Source: an uncultured bacterium (GTDB lineage Bacteria; Chlamydiota; Chlamydiia; Chlamydiales; JAAZZY01). Taken from it: a DNA stretch of 64,000 bases. The notes below the pieces were generated by a model. The model had not been told where the DNA came from. It ran no database searches and was given only the letters and a program-made list of their open reading frames with translations. Where the stretch lies: positions 1,976 through 65,975 of the forward strand of contig CAYGLF010000004.1 in NCBI GenBank assembly GCA_964350945.1, written 5' to 3'. Below are positions 45,170-54,551 of the stretch, in pieces. The translations under genes were made by a program, and so were the position numbers. The stretch's first letter is position 1. Each line of letters opens with the position of its first letter.

Positions 45170-45240
45170 GGTGGCATAGCCAAGTGGTAAGGCCGAGGCC
45201 TGCAAAGCCTTTATCCCCAGTTCGAATCTGGGTGCCACCT
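45170..45240 (+). tRNA. tRNA-Cys (anticodon GCA)
   Basis: Hand-folded cloverleaf. Acceptor GGTGGCA/TGCCACC, D arm GCC-AAGTGGTAA-GGC, anticodon arm GAGGC-CTGCAAA-GCCTT, T arm CCCAG-TTCGAAT-CTGGG. No encoded CCA. Confidence 0.9.
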
Positions 45241-45394
45241 TTTTCTCTTAGTGATCACGAATATCAATCTCAATAATAGCACTTAAAAACACGCTCTGCT
45301 AATTTTTTTCAAATTTTATTGATCAATAAGACTTTTTGAGCTACAATTGCCCTAATTATTTACCAATAAAATTATTAGACCGGGGGTCACTATT

Positions 45395-46984
45395 ATGTCT
45401 TCAACAGCTAAAGAAATCATTTTTGAAGAAGCAGCACGTGAGAAACTACTCAATGGTGTTCAGAAGCTTGCAGACGCGATCTGCTTTACCTTAGGACCAA
45501 AAGGACGAAATGTAGGAATTGAGCAAAGCTGGGGGGCTCCAAATATCACTAATGATGGAAACAGCGTCGTTAAAGACATCACTTTAAAGTGTCAGTATGA
45601 GAATATGGGCGTTTCCATGGCAAAGGAAGTAGCCTCTAAAATCAAAGAAAAAACAGGCGATGGAACGACCACAGGAATTTTATTACTCAGCAGCCTCTGT
45701 AAAGAAGGAGCAAAGTGCTTATCCTCAGGAGCCAATCCTACAGGGCTGAAACGTGGAATGGAAAAAGCTCTCCAGGCAATAATTGAAGAAATTGAAAAAA
45801 AAGCAATAGCCATTAAGGACCCAAAAGACATTAAAAATATTGCAAGCGCCTCTGCTTCTGGAAACTCTGAAGTAGGTGATTTCATTTCCCAAGCTCTTGA
45901 AAAAGTGGGTTCTTCACAAATTGTGACTATCGAAGAAGGTAAAGGGACCGACACTGTTTTAGATCTCGTTGAGGGAATGCAATTTGACCGTGGCTACCTA
46001 AGTCCTTATTTCTGCAATGATCCTGATAAGATGCAATTAGAGATCCAAGCTCCACATATTTTAATTGTAGATAAAAAAATTGCGTCTATCCAAGAGCTAC
46101 TTCCTATTTTACAGGCAGTTGCAGCAACTCAAAAAGAGCTGATTATTATCGCAGAAGATATTGAAGGAGATGCTCTTGCAACACTTGTGATCAATAAGAT
46201 ACGCGGAACACTTAAAGTAACTGCTGTCAAAGCTCCAGGATTTGGTGATCGACGTAAAGCCATGCTTCAAGACCTAGCTATCTTAACTAAAGCAACAGTC
46301 ATCAGCGAAGAGACAGGAATGAATCTAAAAGATGCAACTGTGGATGTTTTAGGAAGCTGTGAAATGGCAACCATTACTAAAGATGACACTACACTCGTAG
46401 GTGGATCTGGCACCACTCAGGAAATCCAAGCTCGGATCAAGCAAATAGAACATGAAATTACGCTAACTTCTAGCTCATATGATGTTGAAAAGCTTCAAGA
46501 GCGCAAAGCAAAATTATCTGGAGGAGTGGCTGTTATTCGAGTCGGAGGAGCTTCCGAACCTGAAATGAAACAAAAAAAACAACTTTTTGAAGATAGCTTA
46601 AACTCTACTAAAGCCGCTCTTAAAGAAGGGATCGTCCCTGGGGGCGGGGTAGCTCTTTTAAGAGCCCGCTCGGCAGCAGAATCCCTTAATCTCAAGGGAG
46701 ATGAAGCTCTAGGGGCTAAAATGGTTGCTACAGCTTGTGAAATGCCTATCAAACAACTCGCTGCCAATGCAGGCTTGGATGGAGCGGTAATTATTCATGA
46801 AGTTCTTGCAGCTTCAGAAAATTTTGGATTTAACATGCTCACTCAAAAAGTGGAAGATTTGATCCAAAGTGGAGTCATTGATCCTGCGGTTGTTTTGATC
46901 TCTTCTCTCACACATGCGGTCTCAGTTGCTGGAATTATCCTAATTTCTGAGGCTCTAATTGGGAATGCTCCTGAAGATGAGTGA
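45395..46984 (+). CDS. groEL: Chaperonin GroEL paralog (Cpn60 family; no adjacent groES, no GGM tail)
   Basis: 529 aa. AKEIIFEE..., TLGPKGRNV, GDGTTTG ATP-site motif, VAVIRVGGASE, PGGGVAL. The C-terminus ends NAPEDE instead of a Gly-Met repeat. Confidence 0.9.
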   Translation: MSSTAKEIIFEEAAREKLLNGVQKLADAICFTLGPKGRNVGIEQSWGAPNITNDGNSVVKDITLKCQYENMGVSMAKEVASKIKEKTGDGTTTGILLLSSLCKEGAKCLSSGANPTGLKRGMEKALQAIIEEIEKKAIAIKDPKDIKNIASASASGNSEVGDFISQALEKVGSSQIVTIEEGKGTDTVLDLVEGMQFDRGYLSPYFCNDPDKMQLEIQAPHILIVDKKIASIQELLPILQAVAATQKELIIIAEDIEGDALATLVINKIRGTLKVTAVKAPGFGDRRKAMLQDLAILTKATVISEETGMNLKDATVDVLGSCEMATITKDDTTLVGGSGTTQEIQARIKQIEHEITLTSSSYDVEKLQERKAKLSGGVAVIRVGGASEPEMKQKKQLFEDSLNSTKAALKEGIVPGGGVALLRARSAAESLNLKGDEALGAKMVATACEMPIKQLAANAGLDGAVIIHEVLAASENFGFNMLTQKVEDLIQSGVIDPAVVLISSLTHAVSVAGIILISEALIGNAPEDE

Positions 46985-47019
46985 TCTAGCCTAAAAGAAC
47001 CAGCTACTTACTAGAAAAC

Positions 47020-47055
47020 GAGCCTCTTAAATACATTAAGAGGCTCTTTTTTTTT
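47020..47055 (+). terminator. Rho-independent terminator after the groEL paralog
   Basis: Stem gagcctcttaa (47020-47030) / ttaagaggctc (47036-47046), 5-nt loop, then a T9 run (47047-47055). Confidence 0.7.
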
Positions 47056-47293
47056 ACCTACCGCGCATCTTATGACTTAGCGGTCTTATTCTTGGCTGTC
47101 TTACATGCTTATGCTTTTCTAAGTCTCTGTATACAAAAGCATCTGCATGTAGTAGCTCATCCATCTGGTGGTGAATAACCATGATAATTTGATCCCTTCT
47201 AGGCATTTTTGCAGCGGCTCTTTTCTCTTCTCGAACCTCTCTTAGTGCCCTTTTTTGGGTCCATCTCACGTAATGACTATCAATCTTTTTCAT
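47054..47293 (-). CDS. Hypothetical small basic protein
   Basis: 79-aa ORF, very Arg/Lys/His-rich. No motif recognised. Confidence 0.3.
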   Translation of the reverse strand: MKKIDSHYVRWTQKRALREVREEKRAAAKMPRRDQIIMVIHHQMDELLHADAFVYRDLEKHKHVRQPRIRPLSHKMRGR

Positions 47294-47436
47294 AAACCCC
47301 CTCCATATACTTGAATTAACAATATATTTAATTTATTAAAAGATAATTTTTAATTAACTAAACAATTAATTAATTAATGATTTAAATTTATTTTTGAGTT
47401 GATATATAATTTGAGCAAATTTTAGCAGGAACCAAA

Positions 47437-48279
47437 ATGAAAATAGCCCATCTCTCTGATATACACTTTTTTAGGTATAACTTAAGCCTAAAAAATTTTT
47501 TCTCGAAAGAGCTTTTGGGAACCCTCAACCACTTTGCAAACAGAAGTCAGCTTAAAAATGGCTGCAATCTCATCCAACTCCCCTTCTTTCTTAAAGAAAA
47601 AGGGGTTACCCATGTTGTGATTACAGGAGATTTTACGACGACCTCTAATATCAAAGAGTATACTGCAGCTAAAGAATTTATAGATCACCTAGAACACCAA
47701 GGGTTTAAAATATTTTTTGTTCCAGGGAACCATGATAAATACACACAGAAATCCGCTCAGTCCAATGCCTTTTATAAATATTTAAAAGCCCCTAAAGAGA
47801 TGCAAGAAAAAGGGTTTGTTTATGAGGAGTTTGGAGAAGGCTACCATTGGATAGGACTCGACACCACTCTAGCCACCCCTCTTCTATCTTCACAGGGACT
47901 TTTCTCTTGCGACCTTGAAAAAAGGCTTATCTCCTTGCTAGACTCTATTGACAAAACCCAGCCTCTGATTGTGGTCAATCACTTCCCCGTGCGCTCTCGA
48001 AAAGCGATGCCAAAAAGACATCAAATGATTCGTTACCCGTGCCTAAAGCAAATCTTAGAGAAATATCCAAACATTAAACTCTACCTATTTGGACATACAC
48101 ATCTTAGTGAAATCTTTTTAGGTCGACCTATTTTATTAAATGGGGGCAGTCTAACCTTGACCAAGGGTGGATCCTTTCACCTTTTAGAGCTTCAGAAAAA
48201 TCAGATCACCATTGAAGGGTATTCACACCAAAGTGGGCAATGGGAAGCAAGCTCTTGGCAGCAAGCTGAAATCCACTAG
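47437..48279 (+). CDS. Calcineurin-like metallophosphoesterase
   Basis: 280 aa. Signature series DxH (LSDIHF), GD (ITGDFT), GNH[DE] (VPGNHD), NHFP, GHTH. Confidence 0.8.
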   Translation: MKIAHLSDIHFFRYNLSLKNFFSKELLGTLNHFANRSQLKNGCNLIQLPFFLKEKGVTHVVITGDFTTTSNIKEYTAAKEFIDHLEHQGFKIFFVPGNHDKYTQKSAQSNAFYKYLKAPKEMQEKGFVYEEFGEGYHWIGLDTTLATPLLSSQGLFSCDLEKRLISLLDSIDKTQPLIVVNHFPVRSRKAMPKRHQMIRYPCLKQILEKYPNIKLYLFGHTHLSEIFLGRPILLNGGSLTLTKGGSFHLLELQKNQITIEGYSHQSGQWEASSWQQAEIH

Positions 48280-49664
48280 CCTTTTGAAAAGTGGAAGATT
48301 CGGTCAATATCAAGAACTCCAATAGATTGCAGAACAACAATGGAAATAGCCACCGGCGCCACCCATTTGATAAAAAATTTCCACAGCGGATAAAAACCAG
48401 CCCCTGAACCTGCTGCTGAAAATTCATCCTTCGAAATTTCTTTTGTTAAAAACCAACCTCCATAAATAGCTATCAAACATCCACCAATTGGGAGCATCCA
48501 ATTCGCCACAAGGTAGGTCATCGTATCAAAGAAATTTCGGCCATAAATAGCTTGCCAGCTAGGGAAAATTCCCCCGCTCCAAGAAAGAGCTGACGGCAGT
48601 CCAAGAACCAAAGCACATACCCCTGTAATGAGTACAGATTTTTTGCGAGGCCAATTGTAGAGATCGATTAAGTTGGCAACAACAACTTCCACTAAAGCAA
48701 TGGAAGAGGTTAGCGCTGTAAATGTAAATAAAATAAAGAAACAAGTCGAGATAATCAAAGCTCCAGGAAGACGAGCAAATAAAATGGGCAGCACTTTAAA
48801 AATCAACCCAGGACCTTCTGCAGGACTTGCTCCTGATGAAAAAATAATAGGAAAAATCATCAGGGCAGATATCAAAGAAATGAGAATGTCCATTCCACCA
48901 ATAATGCAAGCTGTCGAGGGAATATTTTCACTACGTCTCATATAGCTTCCATAAGTAATGATGATCCCTTGACCTAAGCTCATCGTCATAAAAGCCATTC
49001 CAAGAGCTGTCAAAATCCCAGAAGGTTTGAAATTACTAAAGTCAGGTTTAAATATAAAACGGAAAGCTTCCCCAAACCCCGGCAAAGTGATACTATAACA
49101 AAATAAGCCTAACAGCAAAACGATAAGCGCTGGAATCATAATACGACTCCAGTATTCAATCCCCTGGCGGATCCCCTTTAACACAACACCTACAGTCATG
49201 GCCATAAAGACAAAACTCCAAAAAACCGTCATCCCTCCAGACTGTTGGAGAGTATCAAATGCGGCTCCTATTTCAGTGGGGCTTTTCCCTACATAAAATT
49301 GACTCAAGCTCATGAAAACATAGTTGACTCCCCAGCCAGCAACCACAGAATAATAAGAAATAATAACAAAAGAAGTCAAAACGCCGAGCCAACCGAGACC
49401 TCTCCAAAAAAGTGAGTTGTGAGTTAAAGTTGCAAAAACTCCCACAGCACCGCGCTGTGCCTTACGCCCTAGAATAAGCTCTGTAATGAAAACAGGTACT
49501 CCTATTAAAAAGGTTGCCAATAGGTACACGATAACAAAAAGCCCTCCCCCATTTTCTCCAACCAAATAAGGGAATTGCCATAAAGTTCCTAACCCAATAG
49601 ACGATCCAGCAGCTGCCATGATCATTCCAAGATGGGAGCCCCAGTGTTCTCTTTGTTTTTTCAT
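48276..49664 (-). CDS. Sodium-dependent transporter, neurotransmitter:sodium symporter (SNF/NSS) family
   Basis: REHWGSHLGMIMAAAGSSIGLGTLWQFPYLVGENGGG is the NSS TM1 signature, and there are about 11-12 TM segments. The ATG at 49664 (MKKQREHW) is preferred over the TTG at 49694 used by the ORF track. Confidence 0.9.
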   Translation of the reverse strand: MKKQREHWGSHLGMIMAAAGSSIGLGTLWQFPYLVGENGGGLFVIVYLLATFLIGVPVFITELILGRKAQRGAVGVFATLTHNSLFWRGLGWLGVLTSFVIISYYSVVAGWGVNYVFMSLSQFYVGKSPTEIGAAFDTLQQSGGMTVFWSFVFMAMTVGVVLKGIRQGIEYWSRIMIPALIVLLLGLFCYSITLPGFGEAFRFIFKPDFSNFKPSGILTALGMAFMTMSLGQGIIITYGSYMRRSENIPSTACIIGGMDILISLISALMIFPIIFSSGASPAEGPGLIFKVLPILFARLPGALIISTCFFILFTFTALTSSIALVEVVVANLIDLYNWPRKKSVLITGVCALVLGLPSALSWSGGIFPSWQAIYGRNFFDTMTYLVANWMLPIGGCLIAIYGGWFLTKEISKDEFSAAGSGAGFYPLWKFFIKWVAPVAISIVVLQSIGVLDIDRIFHFSKG

Positions 49665-49808
49665 TCTTAAAAACCCGTGCGTTTGTTCGCGCAAAATTCT
49701 ATCCTCTCTCTTAGAAAAAAATCAATCTAATAAAATATTGACCCTATTTAAAATTTTAAAAGGGGTGTTTTTATAATAACTATTATTTAAAAGAACAATT
49801 AAATAGGA

Positions 49809-49839
49809 CCAGGCTCAGAGAAAATGAGCCTGGGTTTTT
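49809..49839 (+). other. Strong hairpin with a T-tract on the + strand, between two minus-strand genes
   Basis: Stem ccaggctca (49809-49817) / tgagcctgg (49825-49833), 7-nt loop, then GTTTTT (49834-49839). On the minus strand it lies 12-42 nt downstream of the stop of 49851-50261 but lacks a good U-tract there. Confidence 0.45.
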
Positions 49840-49850
49840 ATAAGAAAATA

Positions 49851-50261
49851 CTAACCGATATTCTGCTGGTAAAGGTTTGCGATGGTATTAGAAAGCTCAT
49901 AGTAAGCCTCTTCTAAACGAGTTGCAGTTCGGCCAAGGATATCAGCATAAAAATCATCAATTTTTGCAAAACTGGCATCTAGTTTATCTTCAGCATTACA
50001 AATACGTACATTAGCTAGCTCAACACCATAGGGAGCTGCTCCTAAAACAGCTATTAGTAAAGCAGCCATTCTAGTTGAGGGAGTCCCTTTAAAAACTCGC
50101 CCAGCTAAAATAGCCAATGCAGACCCTACAATTGCCGTAGAGGTATCTTTAGGGTGATTGCTTATCATTTCCAAACTTGCATTAGACAAGTTACCTATTA
50201 TGGAACAGGTTGTATTCTGAGCCATACTCATTACTGGATTTAAATTTGTCATACCTATCAT
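49851..50261 (-). CDS. Small protein with a bilobed hydrophobic hairpin (Inc-like candidate)
   Basis: 136 aa. TAIVGSALAILAGRVF-KGTPSTR-MAALLIAVLGAAPYGV forms two short hydrophobic lobes separated by a short polar loop. This is followed by a helical/coiled C-terminus. Confidence 0.4.
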   Translation of the reverse strand: MIGMTNLNPVMSMAQNTTCSIIGNLSNASLEMISNHPKDTSTAIVGSALAILAGRVFKGTPSTRMAALLIAVLGAAPYGVELANVRICNAEDKLDASFAKIDDFYADILGRTATRLEEAYYELSNTIANLYQQNIG

Positions 50262-50329
50262 CTCCTGTAAAGTATTAAATTTATCAGCGAAGGTTATAAC
50301 ACAAATGTTATCTAAATCAAATAAAGAAA

Positions 50330-52486
50330 TTAACCCGCTTCATCGGTCATCTGTTGCTTAGGATATTTCACTCGAGAGTGCAAAGAAGCGGTTAATGTTT
50401 TGATCATGATTCTTCTGACTTTGCCCAGTTCTTCAAATGTCAAAGCGCAGTCTTCAAACTGCCGATCTCTTGACTTTTGATGAATAATCTCATCGACTAG
50501 TTTCGTAATGGTGTGCTCTGTCAATTCATCTAAGGAGCGAGAAGCTGCTTCAAGAGTATCGGCAATCATAATAATAGCTGACTCTTTAGAGCGCGGCTTA
50601 GGCCCGCTGTACCTAAACTGAGCTGCTTCCACTTTACTGTGGTCGCTTTTTGCAAGCTCACATTGTTTATGATAGAAAAAATAAACGAGGGTCGTTCCAT
50701 GATGCTCTTTAATCACATCAATAAAAGGCTCTGGTAAATTAGATTTTCTCCCCATAGTCACCCCATCACTGACATGATCAATAATCACTTGCGATGATTC
50801 CAAAGGAGTTAGCAACTGATGCATATCCACCCCCCTTGGTTGATTTTCAGTAAAATACTGAGGATGAGATAATTTTCCGATGTCATGATAAAGTGTTGAA
50901 ACACGACAAAATAGACTATTTGCTCCAATCTCTCTAGCTGCGGCCTCTGCTAAATAACCCACCACAATAGAGTGCTGGTAGGTTCCAGGAGCTTCAATAG
51001 CTAATCGCTGCAACAACTCATTGCTCGGGTCCATATACTCCATCAAAATAATATCCGTTAAGATATGGAATGTAGACTCTAAAAGAGGTAATAGCCCGGC
51101 CACTAAAATCGCAGAAATTAAAAGAAAGAGAAATGAAGATATCAAATCTGTGACTAAAGAAGTACCCCAGCCAGCGTGGTCATACAAGAAATAAGCTAAG
51201 ATTACCACAATGCTTGCCAGCCATGTTTTTGCCATAACCCAGAAAACTTCTTTTCTCTTACTAATATGACGAGATGAGGCAATAACCACGACCATAGCAA
51301 TCAAATTAATCACCAAAAAACCTACGCGGTCTACAACCAAAGTCATCGACATAATCAAAGCTAAAAAACCACTCACAAAAAGGGCAATTTTTTCGTTGAT
51401 CAAACAGCACAGTAAAATAGTGGCAAAAGGAACAAAAATAGGATAGCCTATATTTTCTAATAATTGCCCCCCATTCATGATTAAAAAGGCTTCCGTTAGT
51501 TTTGCCAGCGCTAAGGTCAATACAATAATGGTAACTAACAGTGAAACAAAACGATTAGAAGCTAAAATTTCAGGGTGGAAAATATGTAGGTACAACCAGC
51601 AAATTAAAGATAAAATCAAAGTCATCAAGAGACTGCCTATCAGAGAATAAGGGTTCCACAGATTGCGATATTTGTTAAGAGCTTCTTTCATCGCCTGCAT
51701 CATTGTCAAGTGCCGGCTTGTCACTGTTTCGCCCTGATCTAAGATATTTTGTCCCACTTTAACTGGAGTATATTGTTGGGGAATGGTCTGTTGTAAAATT
51801 CGCTTGAGTTGATCTTGAGCTCGAATATCAAGCTGTAGCTGCCAAGAGTAAGAAGAAAAAATACGAACCACATAATCAACCACAGGCTCATTCACCGCAC
51901 TATTAGCAAATGTCTGAAATTCAATCTGAGCCCAGATATCGCTGGGGATCTCTAATGTTTGAATAGAGGGATTACTGTCTGGCAGGTATTGGTAATAGTT
52001 TTGAGCAGGCAAATCCGCTTCATGAACTTTTTGAATGGTTTGGTTATTGGTAAAGCGCGCTAAACTTAATCGATTTTCTAATAAATCAAGAGCGGTCATC
52101 ATCTGATCTAAGGAGGCATCCTGTGTCTCTTGACGCCATTGGTAATTGACTAATAGATCCTGCTCTAAGGTATCTCTTACTTTAATCAGCTGGTCAGGAT
52201 CGAGTCGATATATTTTATCAACATCTTTAATTGCTCGCTGTTTTAGAAGAATGGTCGCCTCTTCATCCATAAATTCAAAATCAATCTGAGAGACCACATA
52301 ATTTTTTGAAACACTGTTTAACTCCAACGTTTCAACGGTGACTTCCCTAAAATGAAGAAAAACAAAAAGGAAAATAGAAAAAATTAACAGGATAAAAACA
52401 CGTATGCTGGCACTTTTATCAAAGAACCCTCGTTCTCTAGCGAGTAAAATAGATGACCCTTTTTCGCCCGGTGTGTTTGTCGACAA
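50330..52486 (-). CDS. 7TM-HD membrane phosphohydrolase (PgpH/YqfF family)
   Basis: 718 aa. N-terminal TM plus a large extracytoplasmic domain, a 7-TM block, and a C-terminal HD domain (HSIVVG...; LYHDIGK; HHGT). TTG start preceded by GGAGAGGGGAG. Confidence 0.85.
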   Translation of the reverse strand: MSTNTPGEKGSSILLARERGFFDKSASIRVFILLIFSIFLFVFLHFREVTVETLELNSVSKNYVVSQIDFEFMDEEATILLKQRAIKDVDKIYRLDPDQLIKVRDTLEQDLLVNYQWRQETQDASLDQMMTALDLLENRLSLARFTNNQTIQKVHEADLPAQNYYQYLPDSNPSIQTLEIPSDIWAQIEFQTFANSAVNEPVVDYVVRIFSSYSWQLQLDIRAQDQLKRILQQTIPQQYTPVKVGQNILDQGETVTSRHLTMMQAMKEALNKYRNLWNPYSLIGSLLMTLILSLICWLYLHIFHPEILASNRFVSLLVTIIVLTLALAKLTEAFLIMNGGQLLENIGYPIFVPFATILLCCLINEKIALFVSGFLALIMSMTLVVDRVGFLVINLIAMVVVIASSRHISKRKEVFWVMAKTWLASIVVILAYFLYDHAGWGTSLVTDLISSFLFLLISAILVAGLLPLLESTFHILTDIILMEYMDPSNELLQRLAIEAPGTYQHSIVVGYLAEAAAREIGANSLFCRVSTLYHDIGKLSHPQYFTENQPRGVDMHQLLTPLESSQVIIDHVSDGVTMGRKSNLPEPFIDVIKEHHGTTLVYFFYHKQCELAKSDHSKVEAAQFRYSGPKPRSKESAIIMIADTLEAASRSLDELTEHTITKLVDEIIHQKSRDRQFEDCALTFEELGKVRRIMIKTLTASLHSRVKYPKQQMTDEAG

Positions 52487-52727
52487 CTCCCCTCTCCTAG
52501 TTAAATATTAGCTCGTAAGCTCTTTTATACACAAAAGCGACATCAGTTTATCAGGTTGCTGAAAAACTATCCTTATTTTTTTAAAATGAAGGATGATTTT
52601 ACCGTTTTACCATCTCTATTATTTATCTAGACAAGCTTTTTTTAACTTTTACCATGTTATCTTGATTTTTTATCATTATTTGGATACGTTTCCAGTAACA
52701 TTTGCAATTTACCTCAGGAACCCAAAC

Positions 52728-54242
52728 ATGTCGGAAAATGAAAAATATCAAGTGATGGCAAGAAGTATGCGCCCTCAGAAATTTGAAGATGTTGTTGGAC
52801 AAGAAAAGGCAAAAACCACCCTTAAAAATGCCTTTCTCCTTGGAAGACTCGGGCACGCATATCTGTTTAGTGGTTCACACGGTATTGGCAAGACGACACT
52901 TGCCCGTTTATTTGCAAAAGTTTTGAACTGCGATGCTCCTCAGCAAGGAGAGCCTTGCAATCAATGCAGCTCCTGCATGGAAATTGCTAAAAGCTATTCA
53001 TTAGATGTCATTGAAATAGATGGTGCCTCTAACCGCGGCATTGATGATATTCGACAAATCAATGAATCAGTTGGGTTTGCATCTCGAGCAGGAAAATATA
53101 AAATATATATTCTCGATGAAGTGCACATGCTTACCAAAGAAGCATTCAATGCCCTTCTCAAAACCTTAGAAGACCCTCCTCGATTTGTTAAATTCCTTTT
53201 TGCCACTACAGAACCCCATAAAATACCCGCAACCATTTTGAGTCGCTGTCAATGTTTTTATTTAGAAACTCTTTCAACTCAAAAAATTGCTGACCATGTG
53301 ATGGCCTGCTCTCAAGCTCAGGGGATATCTATTGAAAAAGAAGGCGCTGCTTTAATTGCTGAGCGTTCTAACGGATCTTTAAGAGATGCTCTTGTGCTCG
53401 CAGATCAACTAATCACCTATTGCAAAGGAGACGTTTCCCCTGAAAAAATCTGTGATTTTTTGGGTCTCTTAACGCACTCTGAGCTTTTTAAATTTGATAT
53501 TCTAGCATCCGAGGGCAAGCTAGAATCTGCTTTGAACCTTTCTAAAACTCTGGCAGACTCTGGCAAAGACTTGATGGTTTTTTTAGACTTCCTATGCCAA
53601 CACTTCCGCCAAATTCTCTATATCAAAGTTTTCAAAGGAAATCCAAACTGTTTGAAAGTAAGAGAAGCTAATTGGCCTCATTACCAAAAGTCAGCAAGTT
53701 GTTATAGCTATGAACAGTGCCTCCATATTATAGATATCATACTCGAAGCTCAAGGGACCTTCAAAAAAGCAGTCTCTAAGCAGATTGCTCTGGAGAATCT
53801 CCTGCTTCAAATTGTTCGATCACACCAGAGGGTGTCTGTTAAATCGTTGATCAATCAACTTGAATCTCTCAAAGCCAATTTAAGCAAGGGAGGCTCTCAT
53901 CCTCAAGAAAAGGCATCGTCTCCTCCTCCTATCCCACAATCTGGGCAAGAGATCAAACAAGCCATTAAACCTATAGCCCCCACCCCAGCTCCTCAACAAA
54001 AAATAACCCCTGCAATTCAACCGTCTATTTCTGCTTCACAGCCTCCCAAGGAGATCAAACCTGCTATCAAACCCTCTATTCCTCAAGAAAAAGTGGCCTC
54101 TCCCTTAGTTAATTCAAAAAAAGATTCACCTTCTAATTCTCCTTCAAATTCTGATGCAGAAAAACAAAATATTTGCTACAATACGCTTATGCAATTTGCC
54201 GCAGTAGAGCTTGAAGGCTCTTTAAAAAAAGAAGGAAGCTAA
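52728..54242 (+). CDS. dnaX: DNA polymerase III subunit gamma/tau
   Basis: RPQKFEDVVGQE, GSHGIGKTT P-loop, zinc module CNQCSSC, DEVHML, SRC motif (ILSRCQ). The preferred start is the ATG at 52728; the ORF-track start at 52593 adds an implausible Tyr/Phe-rich extension. The C-terminal Pro-rich linker has three ~17-aa repeats (IKQAIKPIAP.. / ITPAIQPSIS.. / IKPAIKPSIP..). Confidence 0.9.
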   Translation: MSENEKYQVMARSMRPQKFEDVVGQEKAKTTLKNAFLLGRLGHAYLFSGSHGIGKTTLARLFAKVLNCDAPQQGEPCNQCSSCMEIAKSYSLDVIEIDGASNRGIDDIRQINESVGFASRAGKYKIYILDEVHMLTKEAFNALLKTLEDPPRFVKFLFATTEPHKIPATILSRCQCFYLETLSTQKIADHVMACSQAQGISIEKEGAALIAERSNGSLRDALVLADQLITYCKGDVSPEKICDFLGLLTHSELFKFDILASEGKLESALNLSKTLADSGKDLMVFLDFLCQHFRQILYIKVFKGNPNCLKVREANWPHYQKSASCYSYEQCLHIIDIILEAQGTFKKAVSKQIALENLLLQIVRSHQRVSVKSLINQLESLKANLSKGGSHPQEKASSPPPIPQSGQEIKQAIKPIAPTPAPQQKITPAIQPSISASQPPKEIKPAIKPSIPQEKVASPLVNSKKDSPSNSPSNSDAEKQNICYNTLMQFAAVELEGSLKKEGS

Positions 54243-54245
54243 GCA

Positions 54246-54551
54246 ATGGGAAGTGGGTTTAAAAAACGTAAAAAACAGATGCAGGAGCTACAACAACAGC
54301 TGATGCAAGCTCAGGAAGAAATTAAGAGCAAACAAGTCACCGGACAAAGTGGCGGTGGGTTAGTCACTGTTACACTAAGTGGAGAACATGAAATGCTTCA
54401 CTTAAAAATTAATAAAGAATGCATTGATCCCGAAGATCAAGATGGTTTGGAGGATCTGATAAAAAATGCTTACAATCAGGCTTGCGACCAACTTAAAAAT
54501 GTAGAACCCGACTTAACAGGCTCTTCTCTTTTCAACCTCATGTCTAGCTAA
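54246..54551 (+). CDS. ybaB: Nucleoid-associated protein YbaB/EbfC
   Basis: 101 aa. Lies immediately after dnaX (the canonical position). QMQELQQQLMQAQEE...GGGLVTVTLSG pattern. Confidence 0.85.
   Translation: MGSGFKKRKKQMQELQQQLMQAQEEIKSKQVTGQSGGGLVTVTLSGEHEMLHLKINKECIDPEDQDGLEDLIKNAYNQACDQLKNVEPDLTGSSLFNLMSS

Noticed and set aside
45276-45302. CIRCE-like HrcA operator (TTAGCACTC-N9-GAGTGCTAA) upstream of the GroEL paralog: atagcactt-N9-ctctgctaa.
   Set aside because: The spacing is right, but the arms match the consensus only 7/9 and 6/9. They are complementary to each other over just 5 bp (tagca/tgcta), which is too degenerate to call.
45592-46767. Antisense ORFs of 120 aa and 90 aa inside the groEL paralog. 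Similar shadow ORFs lie inside other genes (for example 2456-2695, 11452-11679, 14229-14417, 17058-17336, 42877-43173, 53000-53236, 60577-60849).
   Set aside because: Each is fully embedded opposite a gene with strong motif support. They have low-complexity or odd composition and no ribosome-binding context, which is typical of frame shadows.
47294-47436. Extremely AT-rich divergent intergenic region with ttaattaa-type palindromes (aattaattaattaat); considered a regulator-binding array.
   Set aside because: The repeats are short, low-complexity and expected by chance at this AT content. Only a TATAAT at 47405-47410 stands out, and it lacks a matching -35.
52593-52727. N-terminal 45-aa extension of DnaX in the ORF track (MILPFYHLYYLSRQAFFNFYH...).
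   Set aside because: The composition reflects an AT-rich promoter region. Conserved DnaX homology begins just after the ATG at 52728, which has an AGGAA upstream.
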